DNA of 63,365 nucleotides, the filler included, from Octopus bimaculoides (lineage: Eukaryota), in assembly GCF_001194135.2 (NCBI RefSeq). It is 3 parts of 3 records of this genome, joined end to end, with 100 filler letters (N's around TTAATTAATTAA, not from the genome) between each part and the next. Parts side by side here need not be neighbours in the genome. Positions count along the whole stretch, not along the records: positions 25,515 to 42,072 come from NC_068982.1; positions 42,173 to 63,365 come from NC_068985.1; 1 more part is not named here. One strand, given 5' to 3'. This document shows positions 38,480 through 50,534 of this stretch, one piece after another (within the stretch, counting starts at the first letter, position 1; each line of letters begins with the position of its first letter). A model generated the notes under the pieces. It had not been told where the DNA came from. It searched no databases and saw only the letters and a list, made by a program, of their open reading frames with translations. The translations under genes and the position numbers were made by a program.

Positions 38480-38610
38480 CGTTCTACTACAGGTGCAAGG
38501 CCTGAAAATTTGGGGAGGGGTTGTTCGATTACATCGACCCCGGTACTCAACTGGTACTTATTTCATCGACCCCGAAAGGATGAAAGACAAAGTCGAGCTC
38601 GGCGGAAAGG
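38480..38610 (-). mobile_element. SINE family B, 5'-truncated
   Basis: CAAGGCCTGAAAATTTGGGGAGGG..ATCGACCCCGAAAGGATGAAAGACAAAGTCGAGCTCGGCGG. Confidence 0.85.
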
Positions 38611-40286
38611 AACTGAACCATACAGGTGGTAGTAATAAGAATTACAAAATTAATTGTAACTGTAGAGGAGGAAAGGAATTATATAAATTGTCTTTAGAAG
38701 ACAAATGCGCGGTAGTCAGCCATAGTAAACTTATTATTACATAGGATGTTGCGCAATGACCTTTAAACTTCGTTATTACGATCATAGATCGTCATGTAAA
38801 CACCGAAATAAAGAAAACTCGACATAACTTAGCAAGCTATTATGGCAACCTAGGAACAATCAAACTAAATATCAATTAAAATGATCGGTTTTAAATAGAA
38901 CAAAACCGTATGAAATAGAACGAAAGAGATACGAACCTTGCCTAGAGAATTTACTCCCAATACTTACGTCAAAGTGTAATATAATTGACTGTAGACAGAA
39001 ATTAGTGATATGCTGTAAGCATTACTATAATAAATCATTCATCAGGTTCCCAAGATAACTTTAATTCAATGGTTAGAGACATTGGACAAGATTGGTGCGA
39101 GGGCTAAAGAATAAATGCAAGTTATCTAATTTATTTTTAATTTATTCTATTTTTTTAGTTTGATTTTTATTTGACTTTATTTGTCATTTTTCATTTTTAA
39201 CCTAATATTTTCTCTCTATCTACTATCGACATTTGCTAGAGTTTTCTCCACCTTCCCATCATTATATTGTTACTGCTGATTTTCTCATTCCATTTAACCT
39301 TCATGTTTCCTAATACACTTCACTCTGAATATGAGAGAGTAGTAATAACCCAATATTAAAGATTTAAACTGATCGTGGGAGGAAATAGACAATATCAAAT
39401 TTCTATACACTATCTGGATAGTATTTGGCCTGAAGACAATGTAAATGTTTCTGAGTGTGACGACTCAATAACACACCCTAAGGCCACTAATGTTTTTTTT
39501 TATTACTGTCCCCACTTTGAATTCTGGCAATCACACGTCTCTTCTTGCCTTCATTTTTCAATCCCGTGCCTCCCTCTATTTTTCCGACTCCTTTCCCTCT
39601 CCCTTTTCTCTCTTTCACTTTCCTTTAGTTCTTTTCCAGCTCACCACTACTTTTTCCCTTATTCTTTTTATTTTTCTTCTACTCACCTCATGCTTATTGC
39701 CTCTTTTCACTCATCTTTCTATGCTTTTATTGTTCGTTTATTATTGTTCTGCTTTGTTCTTCATCAGAATATTATAACTCGGGTGAGGATAGTATTGGTT
39801 CGTTTAAATCGTACAGTTTTTTTTTTACTGATCAATGAACAAGCCTATCATGCAGGAACTGGGGAACTTTTTTTAACCAATTATCCCCAAATATATTTAT
39901 TTACGCCAACGTTACCCCCTTGATTTGAAAGGAAGAAACTCATAGATTCTTTGAATCCAAAAGGCCTATTGAATCTATTTATATCGAAAATACAATTGTA
40001 AATGCGATAAAATATGGCGTGACCTCTCCTAAACACGTCCATTACATTGGACAGATGCAGTGTTGCCAGAAGAAAAATTTCTGTCCTAACACGTTTTTTA
40101 TAAAATTTTACTTATGTTTAATGAGTCATCATTACCCACAAGAACTTGATTTTTACTCCAATTGGGGTAATTTACCCCCGTTTGCCAACCCCTGCTATAA
40201 TGATAATCGGAAGAAGCTGTAAGTCGAATTTAACACAATAAAGAAGGAATACGTAATGGATATTATTTATACCTTCTCTCTCTCTA

Positions 40287-40323
<37 letters not shown>

Positions 40324-40325
40324 GC

Positions 40326-40360
<35 letters not shown>

Positions 40361-40361
40361 C

Positions 40362-40473
<112 letters not shown>

Positions 40474-41006
40474 ATGTATATCTCACTGCTTAGCACTGTC
40501 GGCCCGTATTCGATTTACGACGAACCGCTGAATGGCACAAGCAGTCATTGAACGATGACGGAAATATCATAAGAGGGACTTGTCTCTCTCGCTCATGTCA
40601 GTTCGCAGCGTCTGCTTTTCCGGACTCTGTGGTTGAACAAGAAATAGCACTCCGAAATACATGCATTCCACAGTCTGATTAGGGAACGCTGTGAAATGAC
40701 CAGATGTATATACACATATTTGTCTACAACGAGAAATTTTCTTCAAAATAGGGTGAATAACTTTTCCAAGCATATTTGAGCAGGTCAGAAGTTTGTACGT
40801 ATGGAGAATACATAAATGCCTTTAGCCAGTGCAATACACATAGACATGTGTAAGTACCTTGTCTTTATACGAACTATTTTCTTTTTTTATGATTTAATGA
40901 GCGACGAACTTCTTTCTTTACTCTTTAACCTTCATCGGTAGCATTGTTTATGAATATATTGAGTGATTTAGTCCAAACTTAAGTTTGAATAAATGTTTGC
41001 ATGTAT

Positions 41007-41087
<81 letters not shown>

Positions 41088-41431
41088 CACACACACACAC
41101 CACACACAAATATATATATATACATATAATTTCTTTCTTGGAACTGGATCTCGAAAAATATGTAAAGCTATAAATAAATGCATGTCAATATTAAGTTGAA
41201 AGTCCTTATTTCAAGGAAAAAAAGTCGAAGGGTTCCTACGGGATTCGAACCCATATTCCGATTGACTTCTTCTATCCAATCCAGTTTTCCAATCCAATAT
41301 TAACATACTATTATTTATGTATATATGTTTCCAGATCCAGTTCCATAATAAACCAGCCCACATTCTCTCAAATGCTTATAAATTCTTACGTAGTTACGAC
41401 GTGTGTGTATATATATTTGTATGTATGTATG

Positions 41432-41487
<56 letters not shown>

Positions 41488-41885
41488 CATATTCGCGTAT
41501 GTAAAGCTCTAGGTGAGGAATAGTCATTATTATATACCGATGGCGTAGTATAATTGTTAGAGCGATACACAAAACATCTTGTAGTATTCGTTCGAATCTT
41601 TATGCTTGAAGTTCAAATCCCACCGAAAATGCTTTTGGTTTTGTCCCCTAGAGATACATAAAAAAAGTAACAGTTAAATATTGGATTAGGTTTAGTCGTT
41701 GATCTCGTCCTACAAATTACAACCTTGTATCTAAGGTTGAGCGTATCATCATAAATTACATATTCAAGCCAAAGTGTTCATCTTGGCTGTTATAATGACA
41801 ATATTTCGGCTGCACTATTTGTTCGCTCTTCTTCCAGTATCTATAGTATACTGACTAATTTCACAGAAATTAAATATATAGTAGG

Positions 41886-41930
41886 TATTCCATACGCCTC
41901 AATATTCCATACGCCTCAATATTCCATACG
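41886..41930. repeat. 17-bp tandem repeat, about 2.6 copies (TATTCCATACGCCTCAA)
   Basis: Direct reading. Confidence 0.9.
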
Positions 41931-42072
41931 TCACGAACTATTGACTTTGAAACTACATGTTATTGGTACATTTCCGTTATTTTTCTTCATTCTATTTATT
42001 CGAAATTATGCAAATCATCTTTGATCATATGTATACTTTTTCTCCAACACAAACACACACATATTATATATA

Positions 42073-42172
42073 NNNNNNNNNNNNNNNNNNNNNNNNNNNN
42101 NNNNNNNNNNNNNNNNTTAATTAATTAANNNNNNNNNNNNNNNNNNNNNNNNNNNNNNNNNNNNNNNNNNNN
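42073..42172. other. Artificial 100-bp scaffolding spacer N44-TTAATTAATTAA-N44
   Basis: Same geometry as 25415-25514. Confidence 0.9.
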
Positions 42173-42402
42173 CATTATCTTATGATATATACTTTGTTTT
42201 ATATTATACTTATTTACTGTGCTTTTACTAATCAATTTTTCTATATGTGACTGGATTTTCATGGATGAGTTCATGAACCTTGGTTCTTTTCTCTAAAACT
42301 ATATATTTATATCTTATAGTGTGAAACTTAATTTAAATTTTTAATAAATTGAATTTAATTGAGTTTTTACCTGTAAATTTGGATTTTCTCCCTAATATTA
42401 TT

Positions 42403-42439
<37 letters not shown>

Positions 42440-42769
42440 ATTTCGATGCAGAAAATGTGCTTTTTGCACAATATCATGTAAAATAATTAACGTATTGCGT
42501 ATTCAGTAATTAATGTCTTTCATTATAACGGAATTAATGTAAAGGTTTGGAATACATTAATGGTGGATTGGAAGACTCGGTACGTAGAGAGCGCAACATT
42601 TTCCTTTGTTTTTGGTAACTTGGAAATGAACAAAAATATTTGGAAATGGATAAAAGAGTTAAAGTACTGTTGATATTTTTTCTTGAATATCAAGGGCTGA
42701 TCCATCTACACTCACGACCCTTTCCAGTTTATCAGTTGGACCGAACTTCCATCGTATTCGTTTCAAATT

Positions 42770-42963
42770 TTGGCACAAGGCTAGCAATTTCAAAGAAGTG
42801 AATCGATTAAATCGACCCCAGTATGTAACTGGTATTTATTTTATCGACCCCGAAAGGATGAAAAGCAAGGTCGACCTCGGTGGAACTCAGGAAATAAAGT
42901 CGGACGAAATGCCGCTAAGCATTTCATCCGGCGTGCAAACGATTCTGCTAGGTCGCCGCCCTT
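42770..42963 (-). mobile_element. SINE family B
   Basis: Near full-length homology to the other copies; minus-strand head AAGGGCGGCGACC. Confidence 0.9.
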
Positions 42964-43949
42964 GAGAGACTCCCATGATACGATATCGGATGAGTATTCA
43001 TATTTATTTAGCCGTGGACCATTGTAGAGAGCACTTTCATAACCGATTCCTACAAGTCATTGGTATTTAAAGCATTCAAAATAACGCCAAAATATATCAC
43101 TTGTTAGACATCAATGTATAACCGTCACGACATCATATATGGAATAAATAATGGTCCAAGAAATGACATAGCTTGCCTGTAAACATTCTATACCATAATT
43201 ACAATTGGTCTTATTAATAATCAACTCAAAATTCCTTCCAAGGCTTTAGAAGTTTTAATAATGTTTATCAGGCCTCAGCAAAGAGAGTATTTAACCCATA
43301 AACGGCAAACATCATCAACAGATGCTTTAAAAATTGTACCTGGATACGGTCATCATAACGAAAAAAAGTGAATATTTTACGGCAATTTTTGTTGAGATGT
43401 AAATTATTTTAAGCGCGAATCCAATAATCACTATAGCTTTTGCATGCAATCAAAGTGAAAATATGTATAAAAGTTTTGGCTTTTGATCGTTTGGCACACA
43501 TTCAAATAAGCCTTCCCCACCGTTTAATGGCGAATAACAGAAATCATACAAAACAGAAATATACACGCAAAAACAAAATTTGACCCTTAACTTTCTCACT
43601 GCTTTCAATTAAAAAATGAAGACATATGACGTAAGATTATAAGTGTTTAAATATATCTCGACAGCTGTTTCAAAACGGCTAAAACTTACGAAATAACCCA
43701 TATGCACCATGTGCGTTATGTGATAGATGTGTGTCCTATGACAAGCCCCGCTGAGATAGCTAAATTAAGTTAAGCGTCCATTCTCAAGGTGTTAAATGCA
43801 TCATTTTTAGCAATACTTACAAATATAAAACTTTACAGAGAGGAGAATGTAACGAGGAAGGAGTAGAGGGACATAGTTAAATAAAAGAAGTAGTTAGGGA
43901 AGACACAAGCTGAAGATATTACTTGACAAAGACCAGACTTAAAGAAGAT

Positions 43950-44290
43950 AATATTCAAAGCTGGCCGAGAAAATATTGCTGTTAGTTTAAAATTGTTGGG
44001 TGGGTGGACTCAGTAGTAGTTCACGGGGAACAGTTAAGTGCAAGGGAGGCGAAACACCGAGCAGCGTTGGAAATAAACGCTGTAGTAAGAGAATGAGGTG
44101 GAGAAGTAGTAAAAGGAGAAGATACAGTGTATGAAAGAGAATCCTAACCAAGACTATGAAAAACTATAACGATTTTACATAGTGAGCAAAGGTACTGTAA
44201 AATTTATAGATACAAGAAAAGAGAACATCAGAAAACCCGATTAAGTAAAGAGGTTTTGTTTTGGTGTATCATAGAGAAAAATCATTGGCA
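43950..44290 (-). mobile_element. Possible degenerate CR1/Zenon-like LINE 3' fragment
   Basis: Minus strand weakly resembles the YRY....R.S...H...V..SFF.R...WNSLP...FP..Y 3' pattern; heavily decayed. Confidence 0.35.
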
Positions 44291-44352
44291 GCATTATTTA
44301 CAAAGCCACAAGTACACGAGGCCGGTTTTACGGATTCTGAGGTGTATATATC

Positions 44353-44562
44353 TTTCTACCCTAGGCACAAGGCCCGACATTTTCGGGCAGGGGATCAGTC
44401 AATTAGATCGACCCCAGTACGCAACTGGTTCTTAATTTATCGACCCCGATAGGATGAAAGACAAAGTCGATCTCGGCAGAAATTGAACTCAGAACGTAGC
44501 GGCAGATAAAATACCACGAATCATTTCGCCCAGCGTGCTAACGTTTCTGCCTGCTTGCCGCC
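44353..44562 (-). mobile_element. SINE family B, full length, with an 18-bp target-site duplication
   Basis: TTCTGAGGTGTATATATC at 44335-44352 and 44563-44580. Confidence 0.95.
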
Positions 44563-45374
44563 TTCTGAGGTGTATATATCGTACAAGGAAAAGAGTTGCT
44601 GTCCTTAACGCTTTATATAGAGCATTCCTTCACTTATTGTCATAGCGTTACTTTTTCCTTTGATAAAATATATGCCTGCCTGTTTAACTAACTTTCTTTT
44701 CTTTTTTTCTTGTCTGTTTGTACTCGGTATTATTAACTTTAAAATGTTAATTTCTTTGAGCGAGTTTCTCACTGCTCTAGAACGGAAAGTTCTATTGAAC
44801 TGAATGTAAACACGAAATCGAAAATATATGCTATGCCTAAAAATCAGACATTTTCCATCCTCCTCAGCTTATTCGGTAAGACGTCAAACATTCCGAATTC
44901 AAGCAAAAGAATTCATCCTGCAAAGTTTGGTTAAAAATGTTCTGAAAGAATGATCTAAAAAGATATGCTGAATATACACAAAGTTTTGCTGGTTGAAAGC
45001 ATTTCATTTTTTTTCCTTTTTTTATTATTATTTCACAAACAGAAACTTTGAGATGTTAGGATGTTTGCACCAATATCTAAAGGAGACAGCGATGACCTGT
45101 GTTTTAAGAAGCTTCTTTTTTCCATTTCATGTTTATAATCATTGCAGCATGCATGACCAGTTCTATGACCTCGTTCTCTCATTTCTTTCGTCGCCAGAAG
45201 ATATATATTCAAACATACTTACAAATATATATTCACAAAAATATATGCTTGTAGACACACACAGACACACACACAGACACACAAACATATAGTGAAAGAA
45301 AGAGAAAGAGAATTAGAAGGAGAATCAAACTTAGATATTTAGGACTGGCTGTGAGAGAAATAAAAATGTAACCG

Positions 45375-45511
45375 CATTTCTCTCCAACGTCGCCGGGAGC
45401 GCTACATCATTTGTGTTATGTGGAAGATATTCCATCAATATTGCACAAATGATGTTGCCATCAGTGCCCTGTGGAACACCGCTCATTATTTGTATTTTCA
45501 TAGAGGTGGCT
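45375..45511 (+). mobile_element. CR1-clade LINE fragment
   Basis: SLQRRRERYII..MWKIFHQYCTND, the same 3' motif as in the 27290 and 57270 copies. Confidence 0.65.
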
Positions 45512-45611
45512 NNNNNNNNNNNNNNNNNNNNNNNNNNNNNNNNNNNNNNNNNNNNNNNNNNNNNNNNNNNNNNNNNNNNNNNNNNNNNNNNNNNNNNNNN
45601 NNNNNNNNNNN

Positions 45612-45680
45612 TAATACACCTGTTTGTTGTTTACACACCTGTCTTCATCTTTTGTTTTTTTCTGTATTTCCAACTATATA
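45612..45680 (+). mobile_element. Partial copy of the hammerhead-bearing repeat; its 5' part falls in the gap
   Basis: TAATACACCTGTTTGTTGTTTACACACCTGTCTTCATCT vs 46271 TAATATACCTGTTTGTCGTTTACACACCTGTCTTCGTTT. Confidence 0.75.
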
Positions 45681-45720
45681 TTGCACGCTCACGTGGTCGC
45701 ACCACTTTTATCCTATCTCT

Positions 45721-45791
45721 ACCTCCTACACTTCGGACTTCTAACTGGATTTTCTACACCTCCTACACTTCGGACTTCTACCTGGATTTTC
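45721..45791. repeat. 37-bp tandem duplication (ACCTCCTACACTTCGGACTTCTA.CTGGATTTTC)
   Basis: Direct reading; about 1.9 copies. Confidence 0.9.
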
Positions 45792-46218
45792 GGCACTTCT
45801 CCTACTTACACGTGGATTTCCCTGGACTCTCCCGTTGATGAGAAATCGCTCCAATACACCACCACGTTTGATCTTTTTGAACCTTTCTGAACTCTGAACT
45901 TTCTGCTTTTTCCTATTGTATTTTCTTAATCTGTTTTCTCTCAATCTACACATTGTTACTTTGCCTGCCCCCCTCTCTCTCTCTCTCTCTCCCTTTCTTT
46001 TTCCTTTTCGTATTCTCTCCTTCCTTTCTTCTCCTTTTCTCTCTGTTTCTTCCTTCTTTCTCTCCATTTTTATTTTTCTTCTCTCACCTCTTGTATTTTT
46101 TCTGTCTCCCTTTCTTCCTAGCTCTCCTGTCTGACCACCTCAGTCCCGCCATCGTCATGATCGACAGCTAGCCACTAAAGCTTTTTGTTATTCTCTCTCT
46201 ATTTATTTTCTCATGTTC

Positions 46219-46254
46219 CTTTCTGTTGAAGAGCGTAGGCTCGAAACGCAAAAG
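46219..46254 (+). ncRNA. Minimal hammerhead-like motif, same family as 10721; cleavage triplet mutated
   Basis: CTTT-CTGTTGA-A-GAGC(GTAG)GCTC-GAAAC-GC-A-AAAG; perfect stem I CTTT/AAAG, but GCA instead of GUH; lies within repeat 46217-46346. Confidence 0.5.
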
Positions 46255-46344
46255 ACTTTCTCATCTTCCCGAGCGTTAAATAATATACCTGTTTGTCGTT
46301 TACACACCTGTCTTCGTTTTTTGCTTTTTTTTGTTTGTAAATTC

Positions 46345-46375
<31 letters not shown>

Positions 46376-46431
46376 NNNNNNNNNNNNNNNNNNNNNNNNN
46401 NNNNNNNNNNNNNNNNNNNNNNNNNNNNNNN

Positions 46432-46465
<34 letters not shown>

Positions 46466-46969
46466 CTCACACATACACACACACACACACACTAGCAGAA
46501 GTATCCGGTGTTGCCCGTGTTGAATATAATAATGAGATTTCATTCAAAAGTTTTATATACGAGTTTTTTTTCTTATTGTGATTAGTGATTCTAACGTTAC
46601 TGGCTTAACAAATTCTGGGAGATCAACAACAGTAATATTAATATACTTGAAATAGAAAACACACAAGAGCCAGTTTTGATAAAAACATTTAGAGTTTTTC
46701 CCAATGGAATATAAATGAAGATTTTTTTGAGCTTTCAACACGTGAACACTGAACAAACAATTGTCCAGGACAGAAGCAAGGTGCCTCTAATTGCCGACCA
46801 CTTACTGATAATGTCTGTTTTCGCTATTTGTTGATGGATATTAAAAAAACTTAGTCTAATTGAAAACTATTCTTTTAAATTATACTGGTAAATCTGTTGG
46901 TATTGATAGAATTCTAGCAATTAATACATTATCGCCTGTTCCACATCCAGAGAACAGAAGCTTCTATAT

Positions 46970-47100
46970 CGGGCTTCCACATAGTTTAGGTCTACTAAAT
47001 CCACTCACAAGGCTACATTAGAAGACATTTACCCAAGATGCCATGTAGCGGGATTGAACCTAGAACTACATGGCTGGAAAGATTCATAACTACACAGCCA
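46970..47100 (-). mobile_element. SINE family A, 5' part, degenerate
   Basis: CTACTAAATCCACTCACAAGGCT..GAAGACATTTACCCAAGATGCCATGTAGCGGGATTGAACC. Confidence 0.75.
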
Positions 47101-48169
47101 ATATATGATGCTTTCCGGTCATTCCTAGATACATCCTTATTTCCGACTAGTTTCAAACTTAGATATAATTCTGTTCTATATAGAGGCCAGTTAGTTCTTT
47201 AGTCTGTTGAATCCTTTACAACCAATGACAAGTTAGACCAGTAAAGGCATGTGATAATATAGATGGTAAGGCACCGAGCTAAATCTTTTATGGATTCTCA
47301 CGTTGCTTCAGCCATTTTCTGCCAAATTTTACAGATTTAAATTTCCTCTTTCAAATTTCAGTGTTGAGCTAATTTCAATTTATCATTCCAGTGTCGAGAA
47401 AAATAAGTTAAATGAAATACCCTACGGACGGTTAAATCGACTATCTGAAATTTATTTTAATTATTTAGTATAGAGGCCACCCCTTAAAATATTGGCCTTG
47501 TTCCTAATCAATGGCAAACGATATTATTTTCCTTAATTAAATCTATTATTCAGAGTTGCATGTCTGGTCCAGAAATATAGTGGAAAATGTTGGCTAAAAA
47601 TAATTTACAAAAGAAATTGCGGTTGTTAGATGATCACATATCGTAACATATTGATTTTCGCTCGTGCAGGGCACAAAGCCAATAGTATTGTATGCTTGTA
47701 ATGTATTCCTGCTTTGATCGATTCCATTATATTACTGGTAACCAACGGGTGTCTTTCATTGAAACACTTGCAATGCGGTTTTAATAATTCAGCAAAACAA
47801 AAGACGAAAAATTTCTGGTTTTATCTATTGAATCCTAACTGCAGTTAAAGAAAAGGCAGAGCGTATTTAATGGGATTTATTGCTTGTACTGTGTTTGGTA
47901 CCAAAGTAAAACCACACTCTTTAGTAATGCTGCAGTCTTCGAGGTTAATTTGAAGGATCCTTCCCGGCGGTCGTTTCAACTGTTAAAAGGAGCAGGAAAA
48001 AACTGGCTCTTAAGTCACGCATAACATCTTACAAAACGTAAGGTCCTGTTTGATAATTTATCCTCTGAAACGCAAAGAAATTAAATGCTTGCCTTTGTGT
48101 GTATGTGTGTGTGTGTGAGAGCGAGAGAGGGGGGATAGACAGTGAAAGAGTAAAATTACAAGAATACAC

Positions 48170-48495
48170 GTGGACTTACACAGACATACACATACACTCG
48201 TTTACACACACTCGTACACACACACACACACTCGTACACACACGCTCGTACACACACACATTCGTACACACACGCTCGTACACACACGCTCATACACACA
48301 CACACTCGTATACACACACACTCGTACACACACTCAGACACACACAACACACACACAGACACACACAAACACAGACATACGAACACACAAACACACACAC
48401 ACACACAAACACAGACACACACAAACACAGACACACACAAACACACACACACACAAACACACACACACAAACACACACACACATACACACACATG
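48170..48495. repeat. Compound CA-rich micro/minisatellite (CTCGTACACACA-type units)
   Basis: Direct reading. Confidence 0.85.
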
Positions 48496-48661
48496 TACAA
48501 ATCTGTTTCATTCCTCGGTAAATTCTTCAGATCTTATTGGAATGCTAATTCACGTTAGAAGGAAAGGAAAATTGAAAAAGAACAGAAAGCTAAGATGAGG
48601 AGAGACAACGAGTGGAAGTTGTTTGGAAATGGAATGAGGAAACTTTATGCAAATCATTGGC

Positions 48662-49058
48662 GCAGGCGCAGCCGTGTGGTTAAGAAATTCTTTTAGCAAC
48701 AACGTGGTTTTTAGTTCAGTCCCACTGCACGGCATCTTGGGTAATTGTCTTCTGTTTATAGCCCCGAGGTGACCAATGTCTAGCGAAGTGAATTTGGTAG
48801 AAGGAAGCTGTGTGAAGACCCATCATGTGTGTGTGTGTGTGTGTGTGTGTGTCATTGAGCCTGTCGTTGTCCCCCTCACCAACTGGTATTGGTTTGTTTA
48901 CCTCTCTGAAACTTAGCAACTCGGCAAAAGTGACCGACAGAAAAAGTATCAGTCTTTAAAAACTAAGACAAGGGTCGATCAGTTCAACGAAAACCCTTCA
49001 AGGCGGTGCCCCAGCATGGCCACTGTCCAATGAGTGAAACAAGTAAAAGGATGAAAAT
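48662..49058 (+). mobile_element. SINE family A, full length, diverged
   Basis: Head GCAGGCGCAGCCGTGTGGTTAAG..AGTTCAGTCCC; internal (TG)n; 3' GGCGGTGCCCCAGCATGGCC..GAAACAAGTAAAAGG. Confidence 0.85.
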
Positions 49059-49916
49059 ATAAGATAGCTATATAACAGCTTGTCACAAACACTCCTACAT
49101 AATCTAACTTGCCTTTGTAATTATGGGGCCAGAACTCCCTCACAGTTCTTGCTCTGTTAAAACCTTAATTTATTAATCTTCTCACATTTTCACCTAATTT
49201 GTTTTTATTCCAGTTAATCCATACAAGATTCCTGTGGTTTCTATACTTTCTCCAAATACGTATCACTCAGAATAACCTCCTAACTTTATGGTGTCATTAA
49301 TTCCTTCACCTGAACTACTAAAGTCTATAATCCATAAAGTCACACCTTTTATAATCGGATCATTTCTTACACTTTATCAATTCAATGAACTTTCAAAATT
49401 GTAAGCTCGGCCGTAATTGTAGACATATTTTAATAGTAATTTTCTCCTTACATTTTAACTTCAGTCTTATCTTTAAATATGGGTTTTAATAGTTTCCTAC
49501 TTGCTTCCTACTGTCAAAAAGATATATATATATATNNNNNNNNNNNNNNNNNNNNNNNNNNNNNNNNNNNNNNNNNNNNNNNNNNNNNNNNNNNNNNNNN
49601 NNNNNNNNNNNNNNNNNNNNNNNNNNNNNNNNNNNNNNNNNNNNNNNNNNNNNNNNNNNNNNNNNNNNNNNNNNNNNNNNNNNNNNNNNNNNNNNNNNNN
49701 NNNNNNNNNNNNNNNNNNNNNNNNNNNNNNNNNNNNNNNNNNNNNNNNNNNNNNNNNNNNNNNNNNNNNNNNNNNNNNNNNNNNNNNNNNNNNNNNNNNN
49801 NNNNNNNNNNNNNNNNNNNNNNNNNNNNNNNNNNNNNNNNNNNNNNNNNNNNNNNNNNNNNNNNNNNNNNNNNNNNNNNNNNNNNNNNNNNNNNNNNNNN
49901 NNNNNNNNNNNNNNNN

Positions 49917-50044
49917 GAGTATAATATAAAGTAAAGTAAATATCATAAGATAAATATAATATAATATAATATAATATAATATTATATTATATAATATTAT
50001 ATTATATTTATCTTATGATATTTACTTTACTTTATATTATACTC
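49917..50044. repeat. 128-bp spacerless palindrome with one mismatch, abutting a gap
   Basis: GAGTATAATATAAAGTAAAGTAAATATCATAAGATAAATATAAT... pairs with ...ATTATATTTATCTTATGATATTTACTTTACTTTATATTATACTC; centre 49980|49981. Confidence 0.9.
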
Positions 50045-50140
50045 ATTTATTGTGCTTTTAATTATTAATTTTTCTATATGTGATAGTGGATTTTCATCGA
50101 TGAGTTCTTGAAAATTGGTTATTTTCCCTAAAACTATATA
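50005..50140 (+). repeat. AT-rich dispersed repeat, also present at 42173-42310
   Basis: TATCTTATGATAT..TATATTATACT.ATTTA.TGTGCTTTTA..TTTTTCTATATGTGA..TGGATTTTCAT.GATGAGTTC.TGAA..TTGGTT..CTAAAACTATATAT shared by both copies. Confidence 0.8.
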
Positions 50141-50252
50141 TATATATATATATATATAATTACTATTTCTAATTCTCTCAGAGTGACATTCGGTAACAGT
50201 TGGTTAAAGTAAAAGATAGTTAGCAACATAATATGGCTGTCCTGGAAGGGAC

Positions 50253-50320
50253 ATTGTTATTGTTCATTGTTATTGTTCATTGTTATTGTTCATTGTTATT
50301 GTTCATTGTTATTGTTCATT
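50253..50320. repeat. 13-bp tandem repeat (ATTGTTATTGTTC) x5.2
   Basis: Direct reading; perfect units with no spacers. Confidence 0.95.
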
Positions 50321-50358
50321 GGTCCTCAAGAAACATCGTTTCTCGCTGGATAAGCTTT

Positions 50359-50395
50359 GAGTTGATAAAGGGCAATAACCCTGAAACTCGTCCAC
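50359..50395 (+). ncRNA. Degenerate hammerhead-like motif, same family as 18487
   Basis: TTGATAA-AGGG(CAATAA)CCCT-GAAAC-TC-GT-C-CAC; stem II identical to the 18487 copy, core decayed. Confidence 0.35.
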
Positions 50396-50467
50396 AGATG
50401 TTGTTTTATGCTAGGTGGGGATGGTGGGTTCCTTGTTCAAAATATAAGGACTCAGATAGTGTGTCGT

Positions 50468-50534
<67 letters not shown>

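Noticed and set aside
39375-39923. 182-aa Phe/Leu/Ser-rich ORF
   Set aside because: Low-complexity TC-rich tract with no domain signal
41232-41262. tRNA T-arm / B-box-like GGGTTCGAATCCCGT on the minus strand
   Set aside because: No D-arm, anticodon arm or 5' acceptor strand; at most a SINE or tRNA remnant
50253-50320. Short regular repeat considered as a CRISPR-like array
   Set aside because: Head-to-tail 13-mers with no unique spacers, in a eukaryotic context
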